A stretch of DNA of 53,745 bases, the filler included, from Diploschistes diacapsis (taxonomy: Eukaryota), in NCBI GenBank assembly GCA_023645945.1. It is 4 parts of 4 records of this genome, joined end to end, with 100 filler letters (N's around TTAATTAATTAA, not from the genome) between each part and the next. Parts side by side here need not be neighbours in the genome. Positions count along the whole stretch, not along the records: positions 1 to 13,384 come from JALAIB010000665.1; positions 13,485 to 26,847 come from JALAIB010000666.1; 2 more parts are not named here. One strand, given 5' to 3'. The notes beneath the pieces were generated by a model. That model did no database searches. It saw only the letters and a program-made list of their open reading frames with translations, and had not been told where the DNA came from. The translations under genes were made by a program, and so were the position numbers. This document shows positions 12,952 to 26,947 of this stretch, piece after piece (position 1 is the stretch's first letter; the number at the start of each line of letters is the position of its first letter).

Positions 12952-13384
12952 AGCTGGGTCTCTCGCGGAGCGCTTGCGAAGCGCTTGTAAACTAGTCTTT
13001 TTTGCGGTGCGAAGAGACTGATGATGAAGCATTTCCTGTTGTGATGATACCCTCGGTTTTGGAGCTTGTAAGATGGATGGGGGCAAACGATACTTTGATC
13101 TATCGAAATGTATCAGCAGTTGCCGATTAAATTGTGTAAAATCAGGAAGCAATGGCTGGCGGTAATGATCACTATGGACATAAATAACCCATCCAATGTA
13201 ATTGATTCCCAAAATCTCTCTGGAGATGATGTTAACCTCAAAACGGGACAGCGGCACTGAGTTGGACGGACTTTTTACTCTGTTAAGCCCCAGTTTCACA
13301 TGCCGAACGCGTACTCCACGCGACCGCGCACAGCACCTCCAAATCCAGCTATTCAATAGATCCGTCAACCAGGAACATATACCC

Positions 13385-13484
13385 NNNNNNNNNNNNNNNN
13401 NNNNNNNNNNNNNNNNNNNNNNNNNNNNTTAATTAATTAANNNNNNNNNNNNNNNNNNNNNNNNNNNNNNNNNNNNNNNNNNNN
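13385..13484. other. Artificial contig linker (N44-TTAATTAATTAA-N44)
   Basis: N runs flanking a six-frame-stop spacer; identical structure at three places. Confidence 0.98.
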
Positions 13485-15921
13485 GGGGAGAAAGGGACGG
13501 AGGCGGAGCGCGTGGCGGAGCTCGGGGGTAGAATAGGAGGATTCGGAGTGTTGGGGGGTGGAAGGGAGAAGGGAGAGCGAGTAGAGGGTTAGGTAGAGCT
13601 GAGTGTGGATGTTAGTTACTTGCAAGTGATGATATTGGAAAGTGGAGGGCGTTATTGGAAAGTTGAAGAAGGTGGTGGACTGACGTAGCACAAGGCCTCG
13701 GCGAGGTGGGCGGTAGCAACGGACTCTTCTGCTTTGAAGAGCAGGACAAAGGAGCAGCGCTCGAATACTTCTTGCTGCTCGCTTGTTATGCTTCCTATTC
13801 TGCTACGCTTGCGTCTGACGAAGGTGATGATACGTTCGACGTGCTTGTAGTGTACGGTAGCGAGGTGTTGAAGGTACCTAGAATGGGTAAGCGACTTATG
13901 GCTCTACAACTTAAAGACTTCCCAGATGAACTTACCAGTATATGAATGCTAGCTCCTCTTGGTGATAGACCTCCAGCTCAAAGCCCAGCTGCACTATCCA
14001 GATCATCTGTTGAAGCTTGATTTCATAGGCCCAGGACGAAAGGGGATACTCCCAGATCTCTTCGCCAGCTTCGACCAGAGCTTTTTCGTGGGTATGCTGA
14101 CGGAGCTCGGCGTCTAGCTCTTCTAGCTAGATTGTTATCTTCAGCTTTGAGATCGTTACCCGAAACCGAGTCCAACAAACCTCTATTTGCAGGCCATCCC
14201 ACTCAAGTACTACATGACAAAGCATCCTCCGTATCCGCGATCGGTTCATTGTGAGTGCCCTGATCAAGTTGTAGTAAGGCTATTCCCATTCAGGCTATGA
14301 TCAGGCAGCGAAGTGTAAGAGAGCGATCCTACCTCACTGACGGTAACGGCAAACCTCTTCATTACCTGAAAAATCCGATATCGATCGTCATGTGGTGTCT
14401 CCACAAGGCCATTTGCTGGATCTAGGAGAAAGTCTGCGGGAAGCACAAGCTCTCGCAGCTCCTCTAAGAAATACTCCTTTAGTTTGCCTTGCTCCCGTCC
14501 ATTCAGGTTGAATTTGCTCAGTATAAGCTCTTGCAGCTGACATCTCATGATGACCGAAGGCTGTGGATTGCGAGCTTGGAATACTGATACGAAAGTCTTT
14601 CTTTTCTTAGCATCGAGAGCCCCGTAGTGAAGGTGATTGACTTACCACCACACTGCTGAGTTTATCACACTTCAGGACCCCCTCTACAACCAAGCCGTCT
14701 TCGTGTAATCTTTCGAGGAAAGCGCTGGTATCACCAAATTCCGTCTGCATAATCGGCCTTGGAGGAACCGAGCTTGCCAGTCGACGTTGGATCTTCGGGC
14801 TGAAGGACTCCGGTACCTCCACTCCAAGGTCATAGGTAGCAATGACCGTATCAAAGGATTTCGAGCAATCATGCCACCTTGAAGTACGCTCCACCGTGTT
14901 GCTAGAACCGTCCGTCATCATTGCTTTGAGAAGCGCTTCACGATATTCTAGGCGTGAGACCAACGCTTTGCTAGAGTGTGCAGTCTCCGTATCCGTCCAT
15001 TCCTTTACGGTATCCAGTGCTGCCTCTAACGCCGTGCAAATTTCTCCAGCGTCAAAACTTCTGAGTAAGGACCGGTTATATAGGTTGGTGCAAAAGTCTT
15101 CTTCCTGAACCCATACCTTAAGTAACACAGATCCTAGAAGAAACATAGGGCGGACAAACCTCATAATACGTCTGGCGAGAGATTCGGTCAAGAACACAAT
15201 CACATGTCTTGAGAAGCCCTAAACAGTAGGCTCGTAGAACCATTTGCGGCGTTGAGAGCTTGCTTTGGTCACTGGCCAGTTCGTGACTTCGTACAAAGGT
15301 CGCCTGCTCTATAGTCTTTGGTTCAGGCCAGAGCATTTTATCTATGTAGACTGAAGAGAACAGGGTAACAGATAGGGGATGGCCCATGTACCAAGCGATC
15401 TGTATCTTATTAGCAACTCTGTCATCTGGCAGGATTCCGGCGTACCTCGAGACAAAGCAAAGAATCCATGATCCCAACCACTTCCTCCGGAAGAAGCTCT
15501 CTTGAGACGTCATAAACGTCTTCTAAAGTGTCGCCATGTTCTAAGAAGCCGCTATCCATCTTCGAATCCATGATCTGCCCGAAGCACGAGGCTATCAGCT
15601 TTTTTAGTCCTCGACTTCAATATCTAGGAGTCAGGACATACCTCCAAGGCACCAACTGCCTCGAACAACGTGAAGAAATCATCTTTAAGGAGCTCTCCTG
15701 TCGGCAATGCTATATAGCGTCAATCTCGATAAGCGATGTATACTGATAGTCTATTGATTGATACCTGATGCCGCTTTGGAAAACTCATCGGTAATGTCTT
15801 TTCCTTTTCCAGAGCTCGTTGTTACTGCCGATTTCTTGACAGTAATGCTGGAAAACTGATTACTTTTCTTCTCATCGCTGGTTTCCTGCGCGAGAGACAA
15901 GTTGGAAATTACAGCTGCCAT
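13485..15921 (-). CDS. MAK10: NatC N-terminal acetyltransferase auxiliary subunit Mak10/Naa35 (multi-exon, 3' end truncated by contig end)
   Basis: Spliced translation KDITDEFF...LPTGELLKDDFFTLFEAVGALE|IMDSKMDSGF...AWYMGHPLSVTLFSSVYID...QRRLASSVPPRP...QLGFELEVYHQEELAFIYW; ATG at 15921. Confidence 0.9.
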
Positions 15922-16252
15922 TCTGGATTAGTTTTCAAAGCGGGGACTAGGCTACTAAACGAACAGTCCATTGCCTCTATAGTCCGGTCGGCCGCCATTT
16001 TACAGAAGGCTCCTTATGGGATTTGAAAGGGAGAAGCTTCATGAGGACATCGCATGAACGACGGAATGGCAAATTCACAGTTGTTGTAGGAATGAAAGAG
16101 AGTGCGCAAATAGTATGAATCTATATGGCCTCTCTCCGCTGAGAAATATGATACAGTGTGCTTGACCCATCAAGCCTTTCCACATGCAACAATGCCAATT
16201 TTGTCGATGTCCACTAACAGTTTCCGTCTATCCACCAGTGTCGGTTTGATGC

Positions 16253-16589
16253 TCATTGCTGTCCTTGGGCATCCTGTGCCATTGCCTCCGCGTTTGCCGA
16301 AGCAAGAGACTTGTTTTCACCCTGCCTGCCATTCTATATTATCAATTCGGTCAGCACATAACTCTTGAGTTTCCTCCCATACGCTCCACTCACGTTCCAC
16401 TTTGCGAATCTCAGGTCCATTTCACCTCGCTTCTCAGCTTGTAGTCGCTTCTCCTCCTTAAGCGACCTGCGGACGACGCGGGCAGCTACTGCGAGATAAC
16501 GGTTGTAGCTAATAAGTGTCAGCAACCTAAGCCGATGAAAAAAGACGCTCGGCATACGTGAGGCCAGCAGCCTTCCATGCGAAAGCCAT
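16253..16589 (-). CDS. ATP15: Mitochondrial F1 ATP synthase epsilon subunit (3 exons)
   Basis: MAFAWKAAGLT|YNRYLAVAARVVRRSLKEEKRLQAEKRGEMDLRFAKWN|NGRQGENKSLASANAEAMAQDAQGQQ*. Confidence 0.93.
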
Positions 16590-16853
16590 GATTGTCGCTG
16601 TGAGAACGTGATGTTGGTTGTAGGAGTTCAAGTTGCTTTGACGGAGCTTGGCGCAGATGCTGGTGCGAAGCCCAGGAGCTTTCTGACCAATCAGAAATTT
16701 GAGACTGCCGCTGGTCTGGTCGAGGATTTATCATAATGTCTGCAAGAAGGTTGGTTATCAATCAATGAATGCAGCAAATCATGGTTTCACTCTACAGCGT
16801 TTTAGCAGCAGCTACGGCTATATTACACATAAAACCCTCTCGTGTCTGTACAA

Positions 16854-18392
16854 TTAAACGCTTAGGCCGATCTCCTCCGCATAAGGTAGCACATGAAGGT
16901 CTCCCACCGTCGATACTGTCGCATTACCTTCTACCAATGTCTTTGCAATCTATGCATATTCAGCAAGACAGACCTTGATCGAAGAAGCGGGATACATACC
17001 TTTTTTAGCTGGCTCTCTGATACCCTTTCAATACTCTTACCAACCTCATCTATTTGAAGAGGTTGACCATCGTGCACCAGTCCGGCACCGGTCGCCTCCA
17101 GTCCTACGTTGAGATTTTGACCGGCGTCAAGGGCCCCGAATTTAGCAGCAGCAATAGCCTTCTTGAAGTCCTCGTTGCTGATTTCGCCTGCAGCGACACT
17201 CTTGATCTTCTTAACGGCCTCTACGGCGGCTGACCGAACATCGTTAGCGTTCCCCGTGAGCGCAACGTACAACAGGCCAGCATCCGAGTAAATAGCATTT
17301 GTCGTGGAGATATGCGCTCTGGGGAACGCTTCAGTGGCCTTAGACAGTAAAGAGAAGCCTGGTGACCATTTAATACTTGTCTCGCCACCGAGCAGAGAAG
17401 CGAGAACAGCTATTTCAGGTTTCCAGAAGCCACCAGTGAAGGAGCTCGAGCCTGGAAACCCAAGAATCATGGTGTTACCTGAGTCGTGGGCTATACGTTC
17501 CTCCCCACCGTAGTATTTACTCTGAACTGTTTTGATCTCTGGTGTGCCCTCGATAGTTTGATCTTGAATGTCTGAGAAAAACTCTTTCATCCATTTAGAA
17601 AATACGGAGGCTTCTGCACCGTTGGCGACTACCGCAAAGTTGTTCTTCGCGTATGCTGCGGAAGCGAACTGCTTTAGCCATGAAGCGTTCAAGTACTTTG
17701 TAAGGGGTGTCGAAGAAGTTGGATGTAAGGGCTCCCCGAGTCCGCGGTGGAATGCCACTCCATGAGCAGAACTGATGGCCAATTCAGTAGTCCTGCCTAG
17801 GAGGGCCTTTTGCGCCAGTTTGAGATTAGGCAAAACCTCTTCATTTAGCTCATATCCTGATTTCGTCAGCCTTGACTGAGATGTTGATGATCAATCCGTA
17901 CTCGTGAACTTTGTCCGTGAGACGACCTCAGCTAGTAACTCGGTAAAGTATGGAAGGTCGTCACTTAGAAACTTAGCGCCAATGACAACATTTTCTCTCG
18001 TGTGATAGGAGAATAATTGGCCTCCTAAAAGCTCTGATTCTCGACATATTCGCAACTGAGAGCGTCGTTCTGTACTCTAAAGGATCAATTGTTAACGGCT
18101 GTTGCTAACGAGCTCATTGGCGAGCACCAACCTTGAATGCAAACTTCTCAAGTCCTTCTGAGTAGCCCGGCAGTGGCTGAAACCTCGTACCGGCTTTCGC
18201 AACAACTGCTACAGTGGTAGTAGGTCCGGGAAGGTTTCTGCTTGCATACTTGACCCCCGAGGCATCGCCAGTCTCGTATGAGAAGCTGCCCGAAGCTGCA
18301 GCTGCCAGCCCGCGGCAATTGCTGGGTTTTGCCCGGCTTTGGCGTCTAAGGCCCAGCCCTGCGCTTCGACTAAGAGATGCGCTCCAGATCAT
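16854..18392 (-). CDS. QCR2: Cytochrome bc1 complex core protein 2 (M16 family)
   Basis: Presequence, VVAKAGTRFQPLPGYSEGLEKFAFK|STERRSQLRICRESELLGG, LLGGETSIKWSPGFSLL, C-terminal VGDLHVLPYAEEIGLSV*; three introns. Confidence 0.93.
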
Positions 18393-18518
18393 TGCAGGCT
18401 GAGAGGGTTAAATGAAAGAAATAGAGGCAATGACAGGCAATGGCTTGATCAGCTCTGGCAGTGTTTGGCATGAAGTTGGGAAAATGTTAGCGCTAGCGTA
18501 ATAAAACAGCTCCGAGCC

Positions 18519-19708
18519 AGCATAGTTATTCTGACTGAAATTAATTTTTTTTACCCCTATTCCTAAACATGTATGTGAGCTCCCTTTCTATTATTAATCA
18601 AATTTTTTATTCTTTTTTTTTTTTTTTCTTATATAAATTTTCGAGTATTTCGAAGTTTTATCGAATGTTTAATCTCGAGTAATAAGTATCTCGAAATTTA
18701 TTATTTAATTAATATAATATCGCAGGATTTGAAGCGTCTGCTCGTCGGCGTTAACGTCGTTTTTGACGGGTCGCTAGCTTTTACGCCTTCGTTTTCTTTT
18801 TCCGTCGTTCTTTCTCGTTTTTCGACGTCGTTTTTCGGTTTTTACGTCTTTTTTAAAAATCTCGTCGCGTGGCGGGAATATCTTTTCGTCGTAAACGAAG
18901 AATTTACGTTTTTTATCGCGTAATAAGCTGTTTTATAGTTTTTCGTCGATAACGTTTAGTCCTTTCGGGACCGTTATAAGGCGACGAAAATTTTTCGATA
19001 TCGCCGATGGCGGAAAGAGTAGGTTATCGATTTATACGTCGTTAATTTTAATAAGAGAAGGAAGATAACCCGGGACGCGTTGGAATATAAAATAATAATT
19101 AAAATTATTTATATATTTAACGGCGACGTCGTTTTATTACGTATTCGTAAATACGTCGACGTTTACGTTAATAACCTCGAGAAAGCCGACCGCGTTAAAA
19201 TTTCGAATATTTTTATAGATCTCGCGGTTCGATAAATCTTTTTAAACTTCTTGATCGTCGATATCGCCCGATAATTTCGCGGCGTCGACGATCTCGATTT
19301 CCGTACCGCCATCGAGGCCGTCGGCGGTAAGTGACTTTTTTATTACGGTATCCGTAACGCCGGCGCCGTTTACCTTAAGGCACATCCGGACACGAAAAGG
19401 AGGAACGCGGGGGCCGGCTAGGAGGAACAGCGGAAGGTTACGCTGCAAAAACGGGCGTTGGGGCGGTAAAAAGGGATTAAAGGAATCTACGGGGCTGCAT
19501 CGCGTCCATTTATATGTTTATTAATAAAATAAAATTATAAATAGTTTCATTTTTTAAATAATTAAAATTATATAATAAAAAAATTAAGAATATTTATAAT
19601 TTTATATAATTTATATACATTTTAAGATACCGCGGGTGCGCGGGAGCCACCTGCTTTATTAGGCTTAAAGGGGTAAAAAAAATTAATTTCCGTCAGAATA
19701 ACTGCGCC
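18519..19708. mobile_element. Non-autonomous (internally deleted) TIR DNA transposon, RIP-mutated
   Basis: Left end AGCATAGTTATTCTGACTGAAATTAATTTTTTTTACCCCT is the near-perfect inverted complement of right end AGGGGTAAAAAAAATTAATTTCCGTCAGAATAACTGCGCC; AT-rich and CpA-depleted; 18519-19447 aligns by eye with 52385-53308. Confidence 0.85.
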
Positions 19709-19936
19709 TCTTAGAGCTCGTAGAACTGGTAATTTTCTTTTTCTGACTCTGGTCTTCTAAATTGCATTTTTTTGCCCAGCAGTCCGACGAATTATATCGG
19801 AAATTCCCAGATGGGGGTTCATGAACTTTGAACTTCTTTTGTAAAAAAGGTACAAAGAAACTTGTACTCCCATGTATCCTCCTCGGTGACATTGACGCAC
19901 ATCTGGAGATCGTGGTAGCTCTCTAGATGTGGCAAA

Positions 19937-22136
19937 ATGTCGTTTGTAGGTGTTGTGCACGCCCGCCGAGTGTTCTTCGGCTGACTTCGTGCCATAGAAA
20001 GCTGCCGAGCTCTGCCTCCTTCTGGTGGAAGAAAATTATGGCGAGCTTCCAACTGTGAGTTAAATCATCTCGAGAAAATCGTACATATTATCCCCATATG
20101 GATTTCTCTATTCGTCTATCTATGAAAACTGTAACATAGTTCTACGGATCACGACTGAAACTTAGCAGAGAATTCTTGAAGCTCTATTAAAGCGTGGTCG
20201 ACTTCGTCTATCACCAATATCTCATCACACAGGTCTTAATATTCGCCAGACCCAGCATGGGCTTGCCCTGCTGATTCAACAGAACCTCGCTCGTTGGTCA
20301 GCAGACCCACAGAACGACTTGATTTTTTATGAAGCGGACTGGCTTGCTGCCTACGCTCTTGCTAGGTCTGGAAAGCTTCTCAAAGCCGTTGAAAATCGTC
20401 TGGGTAATGACGTCGGCTCTATCTTCAGGGAATTATTTCTCCTTGGTCATGTTCGAGTGGGCGACCTCGAGCGAGTGCGTACTTGCTACAATGGTACAGT
20501 ACTCGGGCATAAAGGCAAAACTACCACGACCACCCATATATCGGCCAAGATCAACGGGAAAATGAGTTTGTCGTCTGAGCTTCCCGCCGAAGCACTTTCT
20601 ATTGTGTACGATAGCGTCTACTCTCTGCTTCAAACCTATTTTTTGTGTGTGGCACACGAGGCCCATTTTCGGCCAGAGGAAGAAAACTATGCTCTTGCCG
20701 AAGAAGCTGCTAGAGAAATTCCTAAATTTGCAGGCAAAATCAAGAAGGACATTGAAGCGGATTTCATGAATGCAGTCAAAGGTAACTTGCGTTCCTGGCT
20801 GCAAGGCTCTACCATCATGAGAGCTGCCATTAAGGAGCGGAACCTAGAGCAAATGCACGACGGGCTGAAAAGGCAACTTGAAGACGAGTCTGACGACGAA
20901 GATGAAGGAAGAAAACCTGCGAAGAGGCGAAGAGGCGAGAGTGGAGATATGACGATCAACGGAGTTTCCAACCAGGATTTTGGACCATCGCACAGTCGCC
21001 TCGACCCCGAGCTCGTTGTCCGCGTAAACAGTCATAAGGTTGCAGTCACAGCTCGAACAGACAGACTTGTCCAGCTGGCTAAGGAGCGGATTGGAAGTAT
21101 CACGTCCCTTGTCTATTCTAGTGTTCTTAAGAACCTTGAAGAGGATATTTACCAGTGCAGCGATTCGAGACCAGATGCAGAAGCTCTGCCTGAAAACGAA
21201 TATCTGGAGCAGCCATGTGTGTATACTGCAGATGTCGTTGCAGCCATTGAGGACTTTGACGACTTAAAGGATAGCATTGGCAAAATAGACGCGCCAAAAA
21301 GGGAGGGCCAGTCACAGCATCGGAAAGAGCATCGACGGAAGTTGAAGAGCGGAGACGAAGGTAAAGAAGATAGCAAAGCTAGCTCTGGCGAAAGCGATGG
21401 AGAAGAGCATGACTCCAGGGATGTAGACAGCAATACGTTAGCAAGCGATGTATCAATGGACGAAGGGGACCAAGTCGAGGATACAGCCAACACCAAGCTC
21501 ATCCAGCAACATCTTCTTATTCTCTGCCGAGCATCCCTCCCTTTCCTACACCACCACCCGAGGACCAAGCATCGCAAGGAATCCTGGAGCGTCCCCTTTC
21601 GCGAGCTAGCCGCACACCTTCGCCTAATCGAGCTCAACAAGCACATCGGCTCCATCCACGGCCGCCTCGCGCTCCGCTACGCCCGAGTGCTCCAAGAAAA
21701 GGGCAAGCTGGACGAGAAGACGATACGCGAATACACTCTCAGCTCGACGAAGGAGGCGCGCGCTCCGCTCACGGCGATGCTCAAGGCCGGCCACCTCAGC
21801 CTCCAGGAGGTACCGCGCGACAACAACCGGCAGCCGGCGCGGACGATCTGGCTCTACTTCTTCGACGCGGAGCGCTGCGCGGCAAAGGTTCTCGAGGAGC
21901 TGTACCAGGCCATGGCACGCTGCCTGCAGCGGCTGAAGGTGGAGAGGGAGGGGATGCGTGAGGTGCTGAGCAAGGCATCCAGGACGGACGTGGCGGGCAG
22001 GGAAGAGGAGTTTCTGAGCAGGACGGAGATTGAGGATCTGCGGGCGTGGAAGGCGACGGAGGAGAGGCTGCTGGCGGAGGTGGGCAGGCTGGACGATGTG
22101 GTTCTTGTGCTGAGGGACTTTCAGGGGATTGAGTAG
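19937..22136 (+). CDS. RPC82: RNA polymerase III subunit Rpc82/RPC3
   Basis: Two short 5' exons (MSF|KAAELCLLLVEENYGELPT|RILEALLKRGRL...GLALLIQQNL) joining the 605-aa ORF; C-terminal KGKLDEK, LQEVPRDNNRQPARTIWLYF, LDDVVLVLRDF. Confidence 0.9.
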
Positions 22137-22789
22137 GAGAGGTTCAGGAGCCTGGGTTGTGAGGCTGCCGAGAGGAGATACCCCGGTGCATGGGATGGCG
22201 TTCAATTTGCGACGAGGAGGACCGTGTGGGGGGCTTTTTGGATGAGAGAAACAGCTTGTAGATATAACGCATGCTTGGAATAAATGAATTTGGAGGGGGA
22301 ATGGACCAAAGTATGTTAAAATAGCAAGGTGTCTGTCTCTAGTTGGATTGGGTGCCATCCCCCTACATCCCCCTATCCTGCATCGAGACAATGGGAACCC
22401 ATCTCAACAACGTTGTGCCGATATGGAATCATCTCTCAGCTGGAAGACGGAGAAATGATGAGATCAAGCGTGAAATAATGACAAGTTCTGCTGGAAAGTT
22501 GTTCACAGGTTTTATGTGGCGCAAAAGTCCATAGAGCATAAAACTCGGAAGAGAGATATCCAGCAATACTCGACGTGCAGGCCATCCAACTACAAGACAT
22601 AAACCCTCTCGTTTCCCTGTCATAAATTAAGCAAAGCCCCCGCCATGCCTAGGTTTCGTTCCATTGGACATTTATTACAAGCAGAACCATGACCGCATTC
22701 TCATCTCTCTCTCTCTCCACGCTATTATTTCGCTCAGATAAAATTCAAGATATCAATAGTATCGTCGTATGGAAGCGCATACTCATTCT

Positions 22790-23436
22790 TCATGCGGCGT
22801 TCTGAAGCTCTGGGTTGTGCTTCCCTCCGTGTCCGCGGAAGATGTCGATGGCGCTGAGGATGGTGGTGACGAGGAAGGCAAGCCTGTGAGCATACACGTT
22901 AGCTTTTCCTGTTCATCTCCGCAACTGTGTACGCCGGCAGATTTTTGGCTTACCAAGCGAAAGCGCCAAAAGCCACGGCCGCCTGCTGCGTCGCGTACGG
23001 CCCGTGGACAGTGCCGTAGGCCGGGGGCGTGATGACTGCCAGGGCAATGAAGCCCGCGAACCAGAAGAGCATGGTGAGAGCATCGAGGCCCAAGATGACG
23101 AAGCGGTGCGCGAGTCTCTCGGCGAACCGGGGCGTCAGGATTTGCCAGGCGACTATGATGATGCTCCAGACGGCGACGAAAAGCAGGAAGCTGAGGGACG
23201 ATGGCACGCCGTAGTAGATAAAGTCTTCGGATAGATTGTAGATATCTGCACGGTAGATGGAGACAACTATGTATTTGCGTCAGTGTTGTTCGGAGCTAAA
23301 GGGGTCGTTGAAAAGCTTGATTGGAAAGTTTCTGAGATGAGAGTGACGAACGGTATCCAGTGCATCCGAGTACGATGACCGAGAGGACAAACTGAGCTAT
23401 CCGGCAAGCGATGACGAGGATGTCAAAGAAGGGCAT
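22790..23436 (-). CDS. MARVEL-domain membrane protein (3 exons)
   Basis: MPFFDILVIACRIAQFVLSVIVLGCTGY|...PSSLSFLLFVAVWS...LDALTMLFWFAGFIALAV...AAVAFGAFAW|LAFLVTTILSA; four TM segments of the fungal MARVEL pattern. Confidence 0.82.
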
Positions 23437-24221
23437 TTCGAGGTTCGATTAAGGGAAACCGTTCAGCTATGGAGATTATGCAGTGAGCAGTGAAAAAGAC
23501 GACGAGGCTTGAGAAAAGTCGATACAGGCGAGGGAATAAGGAAGACTGCGAGGAAGTTGGGTGTCGCACGAGGCTATAGGAATAGCGCGCCTTCTGTTCT
23601 GAGTCACTCCAGGCTGATGGAAGATTGGAGGGCGGTGATGCAGCAGGAAATTCTTGTAGGAGGCAGAAGCGAGGGGATGGGGATGGGGATGATGCTGAAT
23701 ATAGGTAGATAGTAGTAGAATAAATGGCAAGCCATGTTCTCTTGGCTAGGCTCAGGCTGACGTCGCACTCGTCGCGTCCAGGCATTTTTTCAATGGCATC
23801 GATTGGTTACCATGAGCGGTGCAAGCGAAAAGTCAAGTATTTAGAAGACAAACTGACAATATAGTCCGAAGTGAGAACTACGAGTGAGCCTACGAGTGAG
23901 CCTTGTCCATTATTATTGGCTTTCATGTATGCGAGTCACGGGAACGGAGCATAAAACAGGATTAGATAATGATGATTCCCATTATTATTATCCTAATGAC
24001 CACAAAGCGTAAGCCACATAAGCCAAGCCATACAAGCCAAGCCACATCACACTGTTTTTCTCCATTGGGACAGTAGCTTTTTTTTTTATCGTTCTAGCTT
24101 TTGGCCGAAAATCTTGTCCGTTGAAGTATCGATTATCGATTATCGAAACGGATTGATTAACCATCAAACATAGGATTAAGCCAGGTTGCTAAGCCTAGAG
24201 TAAAGAAATTTTTCGGGCTGG

Positions 24222-24341
24222 TGGTGGCAGCAGAGGCATTCGAACCCACAACCTTCGAAAAGGGTTGCCAGCAGTTAGTTGTCTTCATCATTATTTGTAA
24301 ATGAGTCGAAATGCCGTCGACCATTTCAGGCTTAGCGTTTT
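24222..24341 (-). pseudogene. Degenerate intron-containing tRNA-Met(CAT)-like sequence / possible SINE head
   Basis: Minus strand: D-arm-like GCC-TGAAATGGTCGAC-GGC, anticodon stem TTCGA/TCGAA with CT-CAT loop interrupted by ~40 nt, GGTT variable loop, GTGGGTTCGAATG T-loop/B-box, 3' ...GCCACCA. Acceptor and T stems are mismatched. Confidence 0.5.
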
Positions 24342-24932
24342 GCGGCCCAAGTTTGATCTAGGCTAAACTATTTTTGGTATATAACATCATTTCATATTTA
24401 CTTATTCGTATTAGATGCGTCTACAATATAGGGCTAACATGCTCTAGGCACACGCTAGCCAAGGTGGGCCGACGGCGACGCTACTAAGCCATTTACAAGG
24501 CTGCTGAACCTCTCTATTAAAAAAATCATCGTCCTTAAAATTAATTAATTAATTTATTTATTCTTTCATTCGCATCCTATCGAGCTTTATAGGAAGAAAT
24601 ATTATTTCTATATTTATAATGTATCATATAGCAAGAAAACGGGTCGGAATGTCTAATAATTAATAATCTTGATTGAGAATATTCTATAACATTGACAGTT
24701 ATTGAATTGATGCTCAATCTCTCTTGCAGTGGGGTTCTGCCATGACACCATTTGAAGGCAGAATCGCGTCAGTCCATCAATAAACAAACACAAAACATCT
24801 GCGGGGTTGAGAGGGTTGAGTGGATGGGTACGGAAGATAGCTTGGGGTTTTCCTAAATTTCATTTCTCTACCTATGCCAAAAAAAAATAATCAAAATCAA
24901 CCTAGATCTTCTCGATCTCGAAGATAGCAACA

Positions 24933-26698
<1,766 letters not shown>

Positions 26699-26847
26699 AG
26701 GATACGAGGACGGAACGATCTATGAGCTTTAACAGGGCCCCCTCGCGCGTCTCAGAGATACTGTAAACAAGATGGAGATTTGCCCATGGATATTAGCTAG
26801 TGACCTCTGCTGTGTTTCCGCCATATCGTATGAGGCAAGGCTAAGGG

Positions 26848-26947
26848 NNNNNNNNNNNNNNNNNNNNNNNNNNNNNNNNNNNNNNNNNNNNTTAATTAAT
26901 TAANNNNNNNNNNNNNNNNNNNNNNNNNNNNNNNNNNNNNNNNNNNN
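26848..26947. other. Artificial contig linker
   Basis: N run + TTAATTAATTAA + N run. Confidence 0.98.

Noticed and set aside
13018..13060. Two RTGATGA C-box-like motifs after PEX16
   Set aside because: No suitably placed CTGA D box or terminal stem; likely 3' UTR.
13429..13440. TTAATTAATTAA palindrome recurring every ~13.4 kb
   Set aside because: Synthetic linker embedded in N runs, not a biological periodic element.
19242..19448. 68-aa minus-strand ORF inside the transposon
   Set aside because: No recognisable transposase motif; a residual less-mutated segment, not a supportable gene.
24008..24046. AAGCC-type short repeats and the 12-bp duplication at ~23878-23902
   Set aside because: Low-complexity promoter repeats; no spacer structure, not CRISPR-like.
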